This document shows positions 16,303-25,836 of a DNA stretch of 64,000 nt, piece after piece. The notes below the pieces were generated by a model. That model was given only the letters and a program-made list of their open reading frames with translations, was not told the DNA's origin and made no database searches. The translations under genes and the position numbers were made by a program. Every line of letters starts with the position of its first letter. The stretch's first letter is position 1. Source of the stretch: Patescibacteria group bacterium. GTDB lineage: Bacteria > Patescibacteriota > Gracilibacteria > UBA4473. The stretch is taken from NCBI GenBank assembly GCA_965660445.1, contig CBFIAK010000002.1:1-64000 (forward strand). The letters are read 5' to 3'.

Positions 16303-17712
16303 CTATTCGAGCGTTCGTATTTGTAAAGCTTTGATCATAGTACCGTTTATTAAAATATCAGAAAGCATTACAAATCGTTGTCCTCGGCGTTCAGGGTATG
16401 TGCGCAAGAGGTGAGCAATAGCTGTTTTAATGGTTGTTTCTGGGTCAGATGAAAACGGAATATGGAACGACTGCGTTCCCCAAAATAAAGACATATTTCG
16501 GCATATTTTTTCTGTATCAGCAAAAACAAATAATGGTTCATGAGGGCGAAAGCTTGCCATAGTTCGGGCAGTTGATCCACTTCGAGTTAAGACCATAATA
16601 AATTCTATGTGCTCAAGTGTATCTATAACATTCCATGCGTTTTGGCAGAATGATTCTTTTTCTGTTTCTACTTCTAATTTTCGAATAGATCGTTTTCCTA
16701 AATACGCTTCTTCTGTGCGTTTAATAATACGACTCATAGCCTCTACTGCCTTAAATGGATAAGCGCCTATTGTTGTTTCTCCTGAAAGCATAACGGCATC
16801 ATTTCGTTGATAAGTAGCGGTGAAGACATCGGTTGCTTCTGCTCGAGTAGGGATGGGTTCTTGAATCATTGATTCAAGCATATGCGTTGCGACAATCACT
16901 GGTTTTTTGTAGATCGCACTTTTTTTGGCTATTTCCCATTGAATAATGGGTACATCTTCAAACGGAATTTCTGCTCCTAAGTCTCCACGAGCAACCATAA
17001 TACCGTCTGATACTTGAAATAAATCATCAATGTTTTGTGTGGCTCTCAGTGTTTCTACTTTTGTAATGAGTTGAATAGTTGATTTTTTTTCTTCTAAAAA
17101 TTTTCGAATCGTCAAAATGTCTTCAGCTGACCGAATAAACGATAACGCAATAAAATCAGCATCGTTTTCAACCGCAAACTCAATATCAGACCAATCTTTT
17201 TCTGTAATTGAGGGAAGTGATATATCTTTTCCGGGGAGATTTACATGTCGTTTGCTTTTTATTTCTCCTCCATCAAGAACCCGACACAGTACATCGGTGT
17301 TCTGTATTGAATCTACCGTAAGGGTAATAACTCCATTATCAATAAGAATCGTGTCTCCAGATTGCACATCTTGAGGAAACTCTTTGTAGTTGATCGTGAG
17401 GATTGATTGAGAGAACGGTTTGTCCGTATCAGTGGTCAGTGTTATCGTATCGTTTTCATGAATAGTGAATGGGTGTGGAACATCACCAGTTCGAATTTCT
17501 GGGCCTTTGGTATCAATCATAATACCATAATGAAGTCCTGTTTCTTGATTGAGTTGCTTAATGCGATCAATAACTTGTCTGTGAGACTCATGTGTGCCGT
17601 GAGAAAAATTGAGGCGGAAAATATTTACTCCGCACTCGCCAAGTCGTTTTAAGTTTTCATAGCTTTCGGTAACGGGTCCAATGGTCGCAACGATTTTTGT
17701 TTTTTTGTTCAT
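16303..17712 (-). CDS. pyk: Pyruvate kinase
   Basis: KTKIVATIGP, RLNFSHG, DTKGPEIRTG, GIMVARGDLG, PTRAE, DAVMLSGET. Confidence 0.99.
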   Translation of the reverse strand: MNKKTKIVATIGPVTESYENLKRLGECGVNIFRLNFSHGTHESHRQVIDRIKQLNQETGLHYGIMIDTKGPEIRTGDVPHPFTIHENDTITLTTDTDKPFSQSILTINYKEFPQDVQSGDTILIDNGVITLTVDSIQNTDVLCRVLDGGEIKSKRHVNLPGKDISLPSITEKDWSDIEFAVENDADFIALSFIRSAEDILTIRKFLEEKKSTIQLITKVETLRATQNIDDLFQVSDGIMVARGDLGAEIPFEDVPIIQWEIAKKSAIYKKPVIVATHMLESMIQEPIPTRAEATDVFTATYQRNDAVMLSGETTIGAYPFKAVEAMSRIIKRTEEAYLGKRSIRKLEVETEKESFCQNAWNVIDTLEHIEFIMVLTRSGSTARTMASFRPHEPLFVFADTEKICRNMSLFWGTQSFHIPFSSDPETTIKTAIAHLLRTYPERRGQRFVMLSDILINGTMIKALQIRTLE

Positions 17713-17724
17713 ATGAGTGGAAAT

Positions 17725-18129
17725 TTAAGATTCGTTATCAGGTTTTGTTTCTATTTTTGGAAGTTGATACATGCTTATACTGTACTCAACCAGTGATAAA
17801 AATAAAGCGGTTAAAAATGCAGCGTATATATCAAGCATGTTTAAAAACGCAAAGAGTATTAAAGCGGTTATAAAAACACCAATAAAAACACCTCGTCTCA
17901 GTGCTGTATAGAGTGATTTTATACCGAGCGTTCTTCTGGCAAATAATTCTTTTCCAAAAAAAAGAATAAGTGTCCAAAGAGAAGCCATCATGAGGAATAA
18001 CGATATAAAAAAGAGTAAGATTCCTAGGTTTTTTTGTGGACCAAATGGGTCAATGCGCGTAATGGTCATAAGAAAGAGGATTCCGCTAAGAATAAAAACC
18101 ATACCCAGAGCCAGTAAATATCGTATCAT
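17725..18129 (-). CDS. Conserved-looking hypothetical membrane protein (4 TM)
   Basis: Four hydrophobic segments; IDP and ALRRG motifs; co-directional between pilD and pyk. Confidence 0.7.
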   Translation of the reverse strand: MIRYLLALGMVFILSGILFLMTITRIDPFGPQKNLGILLFFISLFLMMASLWTLILFFGKELFARRTLGIKSLYTALRRGVFIGVFITALILFAFLNMLDIYAAFLTALFLSLVEYSISMYQLPKIETKPDNES

Positions 18130-18132
18130 ATG

Positions 18133-18912
18133 TTATCCAAAGAAACCAAGCAGTTGTATATACCAATTCCATAACCATGTATCGGTATAGAGGAAAACCA
18201 GCAGTGCCGGCATAAGGAATGCGCCCATGGGTAATGGAGTTTCTCCATTTGCTTTTTTAAAAATGAGTAATGGTAGGGCAATAAAACTTCCCAATATGTA
18301 AGACAAAAATAATGCCCCAAGTGTCAGCTTCCATCCCAACACAAGACCTATAAAAAGAGCTAATTGTTGGTCTCCGTCGCCTACCCATTTTCCTTTTGAA
18401 ATCCAGTATTGCAACGCGTAAAAGGAAAACCCAATGGCTCCACCAATAAGAAAAGTCTGAACACCTTCTTCTCGAAAAAATGCCCAAAGTAGAACACCAG
18501 CTATCGCAGGAATCGTGAGTCTCTGGTCCACTTCAAAGTACCAAAGATCGTAATAGAAAAAAACCAATGCGAAAAAAACCACCCATAACACAGGAATAAG
18601 CTCTACGCTTGGATACATTTTTTGTGCAAACAAAAAAAACAAAAGCCCAAAACTTATTTCCAATAGTGGGTATATGGCTGATATTTTTGTTTTACAAAAA
18701 CTACATTTTCCTTTTTGTATTACCCATGAGAGCACAGGAATAAGATTGAGAACGCCAAGGCGGTGTTTGCATTTTGTGCATTTCGATCGTCCATTGATAA
18801 TACCTATTTCATCGTTATGGAGTCTGTGAATAAGCAGTGATGAAAAACTTCCAAGTACGAGTCCGAGACAAGTAATGAAAAAGAGGGGAAATGCTGATAA
18901 AGTGTGAAGCAT
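18133..18912 (-). CDS. pilD: Type IV prepilin peptidase (A24)
   Basis: GLVLGSF, RSKCTKCKHRL, IPVLSWVIQKGKCSFCKTKISAIYPLLE, WVGDGD, PMGAFL. Confidence 0.95.
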   Translation of the reverse strand: MLHTLSAFPLFFITCLGLVLGSFSSLLIHRLHNDEIGIINGRSKCTKCKHRLGVLNLIPVLSWVIQKGKCSFCKTKISAIYPLLEISFGLLFFLFAQKMYPSVELIPVLWVVFFALVFFYYDLWYFEVDQRLTIPAIAGVLLWAFFREEGVQTFLIGGAIGFSFYALQYWISKGKWVGDGDQQLALFIGLVLGWKLTLGALFLSYILGSFIALPLLIFKKANGETPLPMGAFLMPALLVFLYTDTWLWNWYIQLLGFFG

Positions 18913-18930
18913 GTGAGAGGAAAGAGATAT

Positions 18931-20196
18931 TTATTTTTTCGGATATATGACATCAAATCCACAGAGTGATTGGAGTACTTTTGGAATACGAACACTTCCA
19001 TCTTTTTCTTGTAGGTTTTCAAGTATTGCAATAAGCGGACGTCCAGAAACGACAGTTCCATTCAGCGTATAAGCGGGAACAATATCACCATTTTTTCGTC
19101 GAATACGAATATTGAGTCGCCGAGTTTGAAAATCAGTACAAATAGAAGTCGATGTCATTTCTCGGTATTGGTTTTGTCCGGGAAGCCATGCTTCTAAATC
19201 GTATTTTTTAGCCGCTGAGTTTCCTAAGTCTCCACAACACACATTCACGACCCGATAGGGGATTTCTAGTGATGAGAGTATGTGTTCTTCAATGTTTCGG
19301 AGTTCTTCATGAATTGTTTCTGCATTTTCAGGAAGAGCAAAAACAACCATTTCTACTTTTTCAAACTGATGTACTCGAAATATACCACGAGTATCTTTTC
19401 CGTACGTTCCGGCTTCTCGTCGAAAACAAGGAGAATAAGATACATATCGAGCCGGCATATCTTCTTCGTTGAGTATTTCCCCGTCGTGATAACTCACCAT
19501 TGGAACTTCACTTGTTCCGATGAGATACAAGTCGTCTTCACCAGGGTTTATACAATAGTTTTCGTCTTTATCTAAATATCCGGTACCAAACAAGGCTCGT
19601 TCACGAGTCATGAACGGAGGAATAATCGCGGTAAACCCTTTTTTTTGAACTTCCATGAACGCCCAAAAAATCAACGCTCTTTGGAGGATTGCGAGTTCAT
19701 TTTTGAGGTAGTAAAACCGAGCACCTGAAGTTTTTGCACTTCGTTCCGTATCGAGAATATCAAGTATTTCTGCTAAGTCAGCATGGTCTTTCACAGGGAA
19801 ATCAAACTGAGGGATGGTTCCTTCTTTTCGTATAACTTGGTTTTCTTCGTCACTTTTTCCATCAGGAGCGTCTTTGTGTGGTGGATTTGGTAGAGAAAAT
19901 AAAATGTTTTGGTATTGTTCTTCGGCAAACCGAAACGCAGACTCTTTTTCTTTTCGAGTTTCAGATAATGTCTTCATATGAGCAAGTACGTTCACTTTTT
20001 CGTTTCCAGAAAGAGTTGGTATTTTTTTAGAAGCCTCGTTTTGTTGTGCTTTGAGTGATTCGATTTCTTGTTGGAGTGCAATACGGTTTTGATCGAGTTC
20101 TAATAACTCATCAAGAAGAAGAGGTGATACCCCTTTTCGAGCGAGGCTTGTTTTGTAGTCTTGGGTTTGAGAACGAATATCTTTTATATCAAGCAT
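18931..20196 (-). CDS. serS: Serine--tRNA ligase
   Basis: MLDIKDIR, SGARFYYL, YLIGTSE, CFRREAG, GIFRVHQFEKVE, KKYDLEAWLP. Confidence 0.99.
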   Translation of the reverse strand: MLDIKDIRSQTQDYKTSLARKGVSPLLLDELLELDQNRIALQQEIESLKAQQNEASKKIPTLSGNEKVNVLAHMKTLSETRKEKESAFRFAEEQYQNILFSLPNPPHKDAPDGKSDEENQVIRKEGTIPQFDFPVKDHADLAEILDILDTERSAKTSGARFYYLKNELAILQRALIFWAFMEVQKKGFTAIIPPFMTRERALFGTGYLDKDENYCINPGEDDLYLIGTSEVPMVSYHDGEILNEEDMPARYVSYSPCFRREAGTYGKDTRGIFRVHQFEKVEMVVFALPENAETIHEELRNIEEHILSSLEIPYRVVNVCCGDLGNSAAKKYDLEAWLPGQNQYREMTSTSICTDFQTRRLNIRIRRKNGDIVPAYTLNGTVVSGRPLIAILENLQEKDGSVRIPKVLQSLCGFDVIYPKK

Positions 20197-20228
20197 GTGC
20201 GTCTAAAAAATAAAATAAAAAGTTTTGT

Positions 20229-21278
20229 TTATGAAAACAAGTTTGGGGGTGGTTTGATACCAATATGTTGAAACGCTGCATCAGTTGCCATTCTTCCGCG
20301 TGGAGTTTTTTGCAAGAACCCTTCTTGAATAAGAAATGGTTCGATCATGTCTTCAATCGTGTTTTCTTCTTCGCCCATAGCAGCCCCTATAGTACTTAAT
20401 CCTACAGGGCCACCTCTAAATTTTTCGCATAAGTTTTGGAGATACATTTGGTCGGAATGATCAAGCCCTTTGTGATCAATAGATAAGTTTTGGAGCCCAT
20501 CAAGAATCACTGCTTTTGTGATGCGTCCTTGGTGCAATATTTCCGCAAAATCTCGCATTCGTCGTAAGAGTCGGTTTGCAATTCGAGGCGTTTTTCGTGC
20601 TGAGTGGGAGAGTATTTCAGCGGCTTCATCTTCAATAACAATATCAAGAATATGAGCTGATCGAGTGATAATGTGTTGTATTTCCTCAGGTGAGTAGTAT
20701 CGAAGTCGTTCTACGTGTCCAAACCGGTCACGAAGAGGTCCTGCCAAGCTTGATGCCTTTGTGGTCGCTCCAATAAGCGTGAATTTTGGGACATTGAGTC
20801 TCATGGTTCTCGCACTTGGCCCTTTTCCGACGACAATATCGAGTACAAAATCTTCCATAGCGCTATACAGGATTTCTTCAACGGTGGTTTTAAGTCGATG
20901 TATTTCGTCGATAAAAAGGAAATCGTTTGGTTTGAGACTGGTAAGAATAGCGGCTAAATCTCCGGGTTTGTCGAGTGCTGGGCCCGATGTTATGCGAAGA
21001 TTTGATTGCATGTGATGAGCAATAATCAGAGAGAGTGTTGTTTTTCCAAGTCCAGGAGGACCATAGAGGAGAATGTGGTCGAGACTTTCTCCTCGTTTAC
21101 GAGATGCTTCACAAAATATTTTTAAGTTTTGTTTGATATCCGTTTGTCCGATATAGTTTTCAAAATCTTTTGGACGGAGCGTGTTTTCAAACGAATCAAT
21201 ATCACTTTGTGTTTGCGGTGACACAAATGAATTATTGGTTTTTTTAGGTTGAAAGGGTTTGTTTTCTTCTATGGCCAT
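20229..21278 (-). CDS. ruvB: Holliday junction branch migration helicase RuvB
   Basis: LRPK, GPPGLGKTTL, FIDEIHRL, LYSAMEDF, PLRDRFG, GGPVGL, KTPRGR; likely ATG at 21278 after promoter TTGTCA-N17-TACCAT. Confidence 0.98.
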   Translation of the reverse strand: MAIEENKPFQPKKTNNSFVSPQTQSDIDSFENTLRPKDFENYIGQTDIKQNLKIFCEASRKRGESLDHILLYGPPGLGKTTLSLIIAHHMQSNLRITSGPALDKPGDLAAILTSLKPNDFLFIDEIHRLKTTVEEILYSAMEDFVLDIVVGKGPSARTMRLNVPKFTLIGATTKASSLAGPLRDRFGHVERLRYYSPEEIQHIITRSAHILDIVIEDEAAEILSHSARKTPRIANRLLRRMRDFAEILHQGRITKAVILDGLQNLSIDHKGLDHSDQMYLQNLCEKFRGGPVGLSTIGAAMGEEENTIEDMIEPFLIQEGFLQKTPRGRMATDAAFQHIGIKPPPNLFS

Positions 21279-21350
21279 AGTCACTGAGAATGGTACTCTA
21301 TATTGATAGGAATGACAATTGAATTCACGGCTATTTTTTATAAAAAAAAC

Positions 21351-21378
21351 TTGCCACAAAAAATTTTTTTTTTACAAT
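21351..21378 (+). promoter_or_regulatory. sigma70 promoter of tRNA-Thr
   Basis: TTGCCA-N16-TACAAT about 47 nt upstream of the tRNA. Confidence 0.65.
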
Positions 21379-21425
21379 GGCAAAGCTGTTTACCGTAATA
21401 CACTTACCGCACTGAAAAAACAATC

Positions 21426-21502
21426 GCCACCTTAGCTCAGCTGGCTAGAGCAACGGATTTGTAACCCGTAGGTCATCGGTTCGACTCCGATAGGTGGCTC
21501 CA
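21426..21502 (+). tRNA. tRNA-Thr (anticodon UGU), CCA encoded
   Basis: Acceptor GCCACCT/AGGTGGC, D arm GCTC..GAGC, anticodon loop TTTGTAA, T arm ATCGG-TTCGACT-CCGAT, 3' TCCA. Confidence 0.97.
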
Positions 21503-21516
21503 CCCATATACAGAAC

Positions 21517-21541
21517 AAACACTCCTTCGGGGTGTTTTTTT
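21517..21541 (+). terminator. Rho-independent terminator after tRNA
   Basis: AAACACTCC-TTC-GGGGTGTTTTTT. Confidence 0.85.
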
Positions 21542-21586
21542 GATTTTCATTCCTTTCTTTTTTCTCTTCTTTTTCGTATCATATGA

Positions 21587-22963
21587 ATGTTCATGCAACT
21601 GACTGCTGCTCACATTGTTCGGATATTGCAAAATAATGGGTTTGAGGCTTATTTTGTAGGGGGTTGTGTGCGTGATTTACTCCTAAAAAAAGAGCCTCAA
21701 GATTTTGATATTGCCACCAATGCCACTCCAGAACAAATAGAATCTCTTTTTCAGAAAACATATGCTATTGGAAAACGATTTGGAGTGATTCTTATTGAAG
21801 AAAATAACCACCATTTTGAAGTGGCAACATTCCGTTCCGATAGCGGATACTCCGATGGGCGTCGTCCTGATTTTGTTACGTTTTCTACCGCAAAAGAAGA
21901 TGCACTTCGTCGTGATTTTACTATTAATGCACTCTACTACGATCCCATAAAAGAATCGATTTTGGATTTTGTAGGCGGAAAATCAGATTTAGCTCGTGGT
22001 ATTATTCGGTTTGTGGGAAACCCCGATGAACGTATAGAAGAAGACTGTCTTCGGTTGTTGCGGGCTATTCGGTTTCGGCATAGACTTGGATACGACTACG
22101 ATACCGAAACAAGAAATGCACTGAAACGTCATTCTTCACTTGTAAACCATATCAGTGTTGAACGTATTCGTGATGAGTTGAATAAAATAATTGTTCACTA
22201 TTCGAGTAAAGACGCGTTTGCTGAGCTTCTGGATTTTGGTATTCTGTCTCGTCTTATTCCTGATATTGAAAAGTTGCAGTGGGTTACTCAACCGGAAGAT
22301 CATCATAGTGAAGGCAATGTTTGGGCTCATTCTGTACTGGTGCTTTCTCATATTCCGCCAGATTCTTGTTTAGAGCTGTATTGGGCAGCGCTTTTTCATG
22401 ATATAGGAAAAATGGATACTGTTGTTTTTTCGGATGGGCGATTGCGTTACCCTCATCATCAAGATGCCAGTCGTCAGCGTGCAGAAAATTGGTGTCACCA
22501 GTTTTCTTTTTCGAGAAGGCAAATCAATAAAATAGGTTGGCTTATTCATAATCATCATATATTTAATACTTTTCAAGACTGGAAACTTGTGCGAAAACTT
22601 GAATATTTTGATCATCCGTATTTCTTAGATCTCCTCACGCTCGTGCGTGCTGATATTCAGGGTTCTCGTCCCACAGATAATGATTACACAGGACATAAAA
22701 AAATACTTGAAAAGTTAGAATCTATTGAAGAAAATTACCATTATGCGCATTCAGCTCGTATACTCCCTTCTCATCACGAGCCTTTTTTTGATGGACATCA
22801 AATTCAAAAAATATTAGGTCTTTCCTCAGGAGAGCATATTGGGGTACTCAAACAAAAACTCAAAGAAGCACAGCTCGTGGGGGATGTTACTACGCAAGGA
22901 GAAGCTCTTGCATGGCTCAAATATCAAGAAAAAAGACTTTCTTCGAAAAGAAAGTCTTTGTAG
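21587..22963 (+). CDS. cca: CCA tRNA nucleotidyltransferase / poly(A) polymerase family with HD domain
   Basis: AYFVGGCVRDLLL, DFDIAT, EVATFR, EDALRRDFTINAL, EDCLRLLRAIRF, ERIRDEL, ALFHDIGK. Confidence 0.93.
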   Translation: MFMQLTAAHIVRILQNNGFEAYFVGGCVRDLLLKKEPQDFDIATNATPEQIESLFQKTYAIGKRFGVILIEENNHHFEVATFRSDSGYSDGRRPDFVTFSTAKEDALRRDFTINALYYDPIKESILDFVGGKSDLARGIIRFVGNPDERIEEDCLRLLRAIRFRHRLGYDYDTETRNALKRHSSLVNHISVERIRDELNKIIVHYSSKDAFAELLDFGILSRLIPDIEKLQWVTQPEDHHSEGNVWAHSVLVLSHIPPDSCLELYWAALFHDIGKMDTVVFSDGRLRYPHHQDASRQRAENWCHQFSFSRRQINKIGWLIHNHHIFNTFQDWKLVRKLEYFDHPYFLDLLTLVRADIQGSRPTDNDYTGHKKILEKLESIEENYHYAHSARILPSHHEPFFDGHQIQKILGLSSGEHIGVLKQKLKEAQLVGDVTTQGEALAWLKYQEKRLSSKRKSL

Positions 22964-22975
22964 GGAATAACTTGT

Positions 22976-24145
22976 TCACGTTGTTTTTTTAATCTTCAGT
23001 GTTTTTGCACTCAAAAAAGAAAGAATGATCATAATAGAAGATCCAATAAGAACTCCCATTTTTGCAGATGCTTGAATATCACTATTGATAAAGGCTGCCC
23101 CACTGACAAATAAAGCAACGGTGAGTCCAATACCTGTAATATTAGCGAGTACAAAAAGTTCTTTCATTCTTATGCCTTTTGGAAGTTTTATACCTAGTAA
23201 ATGAGCGGTAAAAGCAAATCCAAAGACTCCCATAAATTTACCAATCATAAGTCCGAACATTACGGGGTATGTAGAATCTCCAATAGAAGACAGAAGTACT
23301 CCGGCATTCACAAGTGCGAAAACAAAAAGTCCGACTTCAATAGGCGTTTTAAAGAAGTGTTCGAATTGATTGAGAGGATCAATGTTTTTTTTCATATGGC
23401 CACTGACTTCTCTTCTTTCTTCTTCCGCAAAAAGACCTTCATCTTTTGTGGCAGATGGAATAAATGGAATAATCGGAACGAGTGCCAGTGCTGGATGTAA
23501 GTGAGCTGTGTAGAGCCCTATCCAGCTTAAGCCTCCTCCAAATATGATATACCACCAAAAGTTTTCAATTCGTGCTTTTTTAAAACCGAATGAAAGAAAA
23601 ACGCCCAAGACAAGAAATAGTAGGTTTTGCAGTTCCACTGGATGATTTGGATCGGGATAGAATATGGCAATTATACCCAGTCCGAGTGCGTCATCAACAA
23701 TGGCGAGTAAGAGTAAATATTGAATAGCAGGGTGTTTTTTCCCAAATATAAGGGATGCAATCATCCATGCAATAGCAATATCAGTTGCTGTTGGAATACC
23801 AAAACCAATAAGAAGGGATTCTTGTTTTCCCATAACAAAGACTGTTATGATATAGACCCCAATTGGTACAAGTATTCCGCCCATTGTGGCAATAAGCGGA
23901 TTCAGTGCGTTTTTTATATTCGCTAATGATCCACCTGGTTTTGTGGCTTCAACAATCTCTTTTGTGGCAATCCCAAAAAAGAAAACCATAAAAATATCAT
24001 TTATGGCGAAATGAAGTGTGTGAACCATATTATTATAGGATTCACTATCGACATTAATCCATATGAGAGAAGCAATTATTCCTGATATCAGAAATAATGA
24101 AAATTCCATGGATAAGCTCCATGCCTTTTGAAGGTATTTTGTCAT
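22976..24145 (-). CDS. nhaA: Na+/H+ antiporter NhaA
   Basis: INDIFMVFFFG, GIPTATDIA, LLAIVDD, LFVFALVNAGV, GIGLTVALF, AKMG. Confidence 0.95.
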   Translation of the reverse strand: MTKYLQKAWSLSMEFSLFLISGIIASLIWINVDSESYNNMVHTLHFAINDIFMVFFFGIATKEIVEATKPGGSLANIKNALNPLIATMGGILVPIGVYIITVFVMGKQESLLIGFGIPTATDIAIAWMIASLIFGKKHPAIQYLLLLAIVDDALGLGIIAIFYPDPNHPVELQNLLFLVLGVFLSFGFKKARIENFWWYIIFGGGLSWIGLYTAHLHPALALVPIIPFIPSATKDEGLFAEEERREVSGHMKKNIDPLNQFEHFFKTPIEVGLFVFALVNAGVLLSSIGDSTYPVMFGLMIGKFMGVFGFAFTAHLLGIKLPKGIRMKELFVLANITGIGLTVALFVSGAAFINSDIQASAKMGVLIGSSIMIILSFLSAKTLKIKKTT

Positions 24146-24247
24146 TTAAGACATCTCCTTTTTTTGTTGAACAAGTTGTGTAAAAGAACCATGAATAAGT
24201 ATGATTTGTATCATCTTTTCATGAATTTTTATTTTTCATTTTTTATA

Positions 24248-24871
24248 TTAAAAGTCAATGTTTTTCTTAATTTTCATAGAGAAAGGGTTTGCTTTTAAAC
24301 CTTCCAGAAAATCTTTAAATATTATTTCTTGGCTTCTCAGTGATAGTGTATTGTGAAGTCCTTCTGATTCGAGGAATAAATCAAACTCTTCATAAATATT
24401 TGTTATAATCTGATTATAGAGAGTGTGTAAGAAAAATTTATTGTTCCGAAACTCTGATCGGTTTCCAGTGTAGAGTGGTTCGTTTTGGCTTTCTATAAAC
24501 AATAAAAATGAAGTGTTGTTTTCGTGTTGTAAGAAATCTAAGTCTTCTTTTGAAAGAGAAAGATAGATAGTGATTATTTCAAATTTTCTTTCAATATCTT
24601 CTGGCATCAACGATTGATCAATAATTTCAGAAATTCTATTGATGGGATAGTTTTTTTTATTTATGTATTGGCGCAAGAGAGAAGAAAATGTAAGAATTTC
24701 ATCGATGTTATCTGTATTGTCAAGAACATCATTAATGCGATTATTGTATTCAGAAAGTGCATAATAATAAGCTTGAAAAGCTTCTTTTTTTGAGAGTTTC
24801 AATTGATGTGCAATTTTTATAAGGGCCTGATCATTTTCATTTTCAAACTCAGATGAGTGATATTTTTCCAT
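24248..24871 (-). CDS. Hypothetical protein (very AT-rich)
   Basis: 207-aa ORF filling the gap, no motif recognised. Confidence 0.55.
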   Translation of the reverse strand: MEKYHSSEFENENDQALIKIAHQLKLSKKEAFQAYYYALSEYNNRINDVLDNTDNIDEILTFSSLLRQYINKKNYPINRISEIIDQSLMPEDIERKFEIITIYLSLSKEDLDFLQHENNTSFLLFIESQNEPLYTGNRSEFRNNKFFLHTLYNQIITNIYEEFDLFLESEGLHNTLSLRSQEIIFKDFLEGLKANPFSMKIKKNIDF

Positions 24872-24943
24872 AAATTATTTATAAAATATTTAAATATTGT
24901 GTCAATGTGTTTTTTTTGTATTTTTTCTTTTATAATAAAAAAC

Positions 24944-25834
24944 ATGAATCGTTTTTTTTCTTTCTTGTTTGTTCTTGGTCTTTGTATAGGAGGGTATGTA
25001 TGGTTGCGTCCAATAAATCCATGTGAGATTTCATTTGAATATCGACTTGGTATACTTGATGAACGTTTTGGAATTTCTCGTGAAGAGGTATTACAGATAC
25101 TTCTTGATGTGGAAACTTTTTGGGAAACCCCAACTCAGAAAAATCTTTTTACGTATAATCCAGAGGCTTCTTATACTATTGATTTTATATTTGACGATCG
25201 TCAGATTCGAACCAATACTGTCAATAAATCATCACAAAAACTGAATGATATGAAATCGATATTTGATGAATTTCAGTTGCGTTATGAACAAGAAAAAGTG
25301 AAATACGAATCCCTTATTCAAGAATACGAACAAAAAAAATCAGTCTATGAAATTGATCTTTCACAAATCAATCAACGAATTCAAGATTGGAATAAGAATC
25401 CATCTTTCGATCCGAATATTCGTGCTGAACTGGAACGTGATCAAAAGAGTATACAGCAACGACAGCAATTATTATTGAATGAGCAATTAGATATTGCACA
25501 ACAACAAGAAATCGTTAACAGTATTGCTCAAGAAGCGAATGTACTTCAAACAGAATATAATAGGGCTGTTGAAGAATTTAATGCGTTGTATTCTGATGGA
25601 CGTGAGTTTAGTCAGGGCACATGGTTTCCTGATCGAATAGAGATTTATGAGTTTGAAAATGAACAACGGTTAAAATTTTTACTCGCTCATGAGTTTGGTC
25701 ATGCACTTGGCGTTGATCATGTTTCAGATCCTACGTCTATTATGCATGCTTATATGGAAGAACAACCACTTGATACTCAAACAGTTTCAGTATTTGATAT
25801 TAATGCTTTATACGCTGTCTGTGGAATCGAGTAG
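24944..25834 (+). CDS. Membrane-anchored matrixin (M10/metzincin) metalloprotease with coiled-coil insert
   Basis: N-terminal TM; HEFGHALGVDH zinc motif and SIMH Met-turn; long Q/E-rich coiled coil; ATG at 24944. Confidence 0.9.
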   Translation: MNRFFSFLFVLGLCIGGYVWLRPINPCEISFEYRLGILDERFGISREEVLQILLDVETFWETPTQKNLFTYNPEASYTIDFIFDDRQIRTNTVNKSSQKLNDMKSIFDEFQLRYEQEKVKYESLIQEYEQKKSVYEIDLSQINQRIQDWNKNPSFDPNIRAELERDQKSIQQRQQLLLNEQLDIAQQQEIVNSIAQEANVLQTEYNRAVEEFNALYSDGREFSQGTWFPDRIEIYEFENEQRLKFLLAHEFGHALGVDHVSDPTSIMHAYMEEQPLDTQTVSVFDINALYAVCGIE

Positions 25835-25836
25835 TA

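Noticed and set aside
24146-24247. nhaA-type (Na+/Li+) riboswitch upstream of nhaA
   Set aside because: Leader is AT-rich with one weak hairpin and none of the conserved G/C-rich elements I would expect
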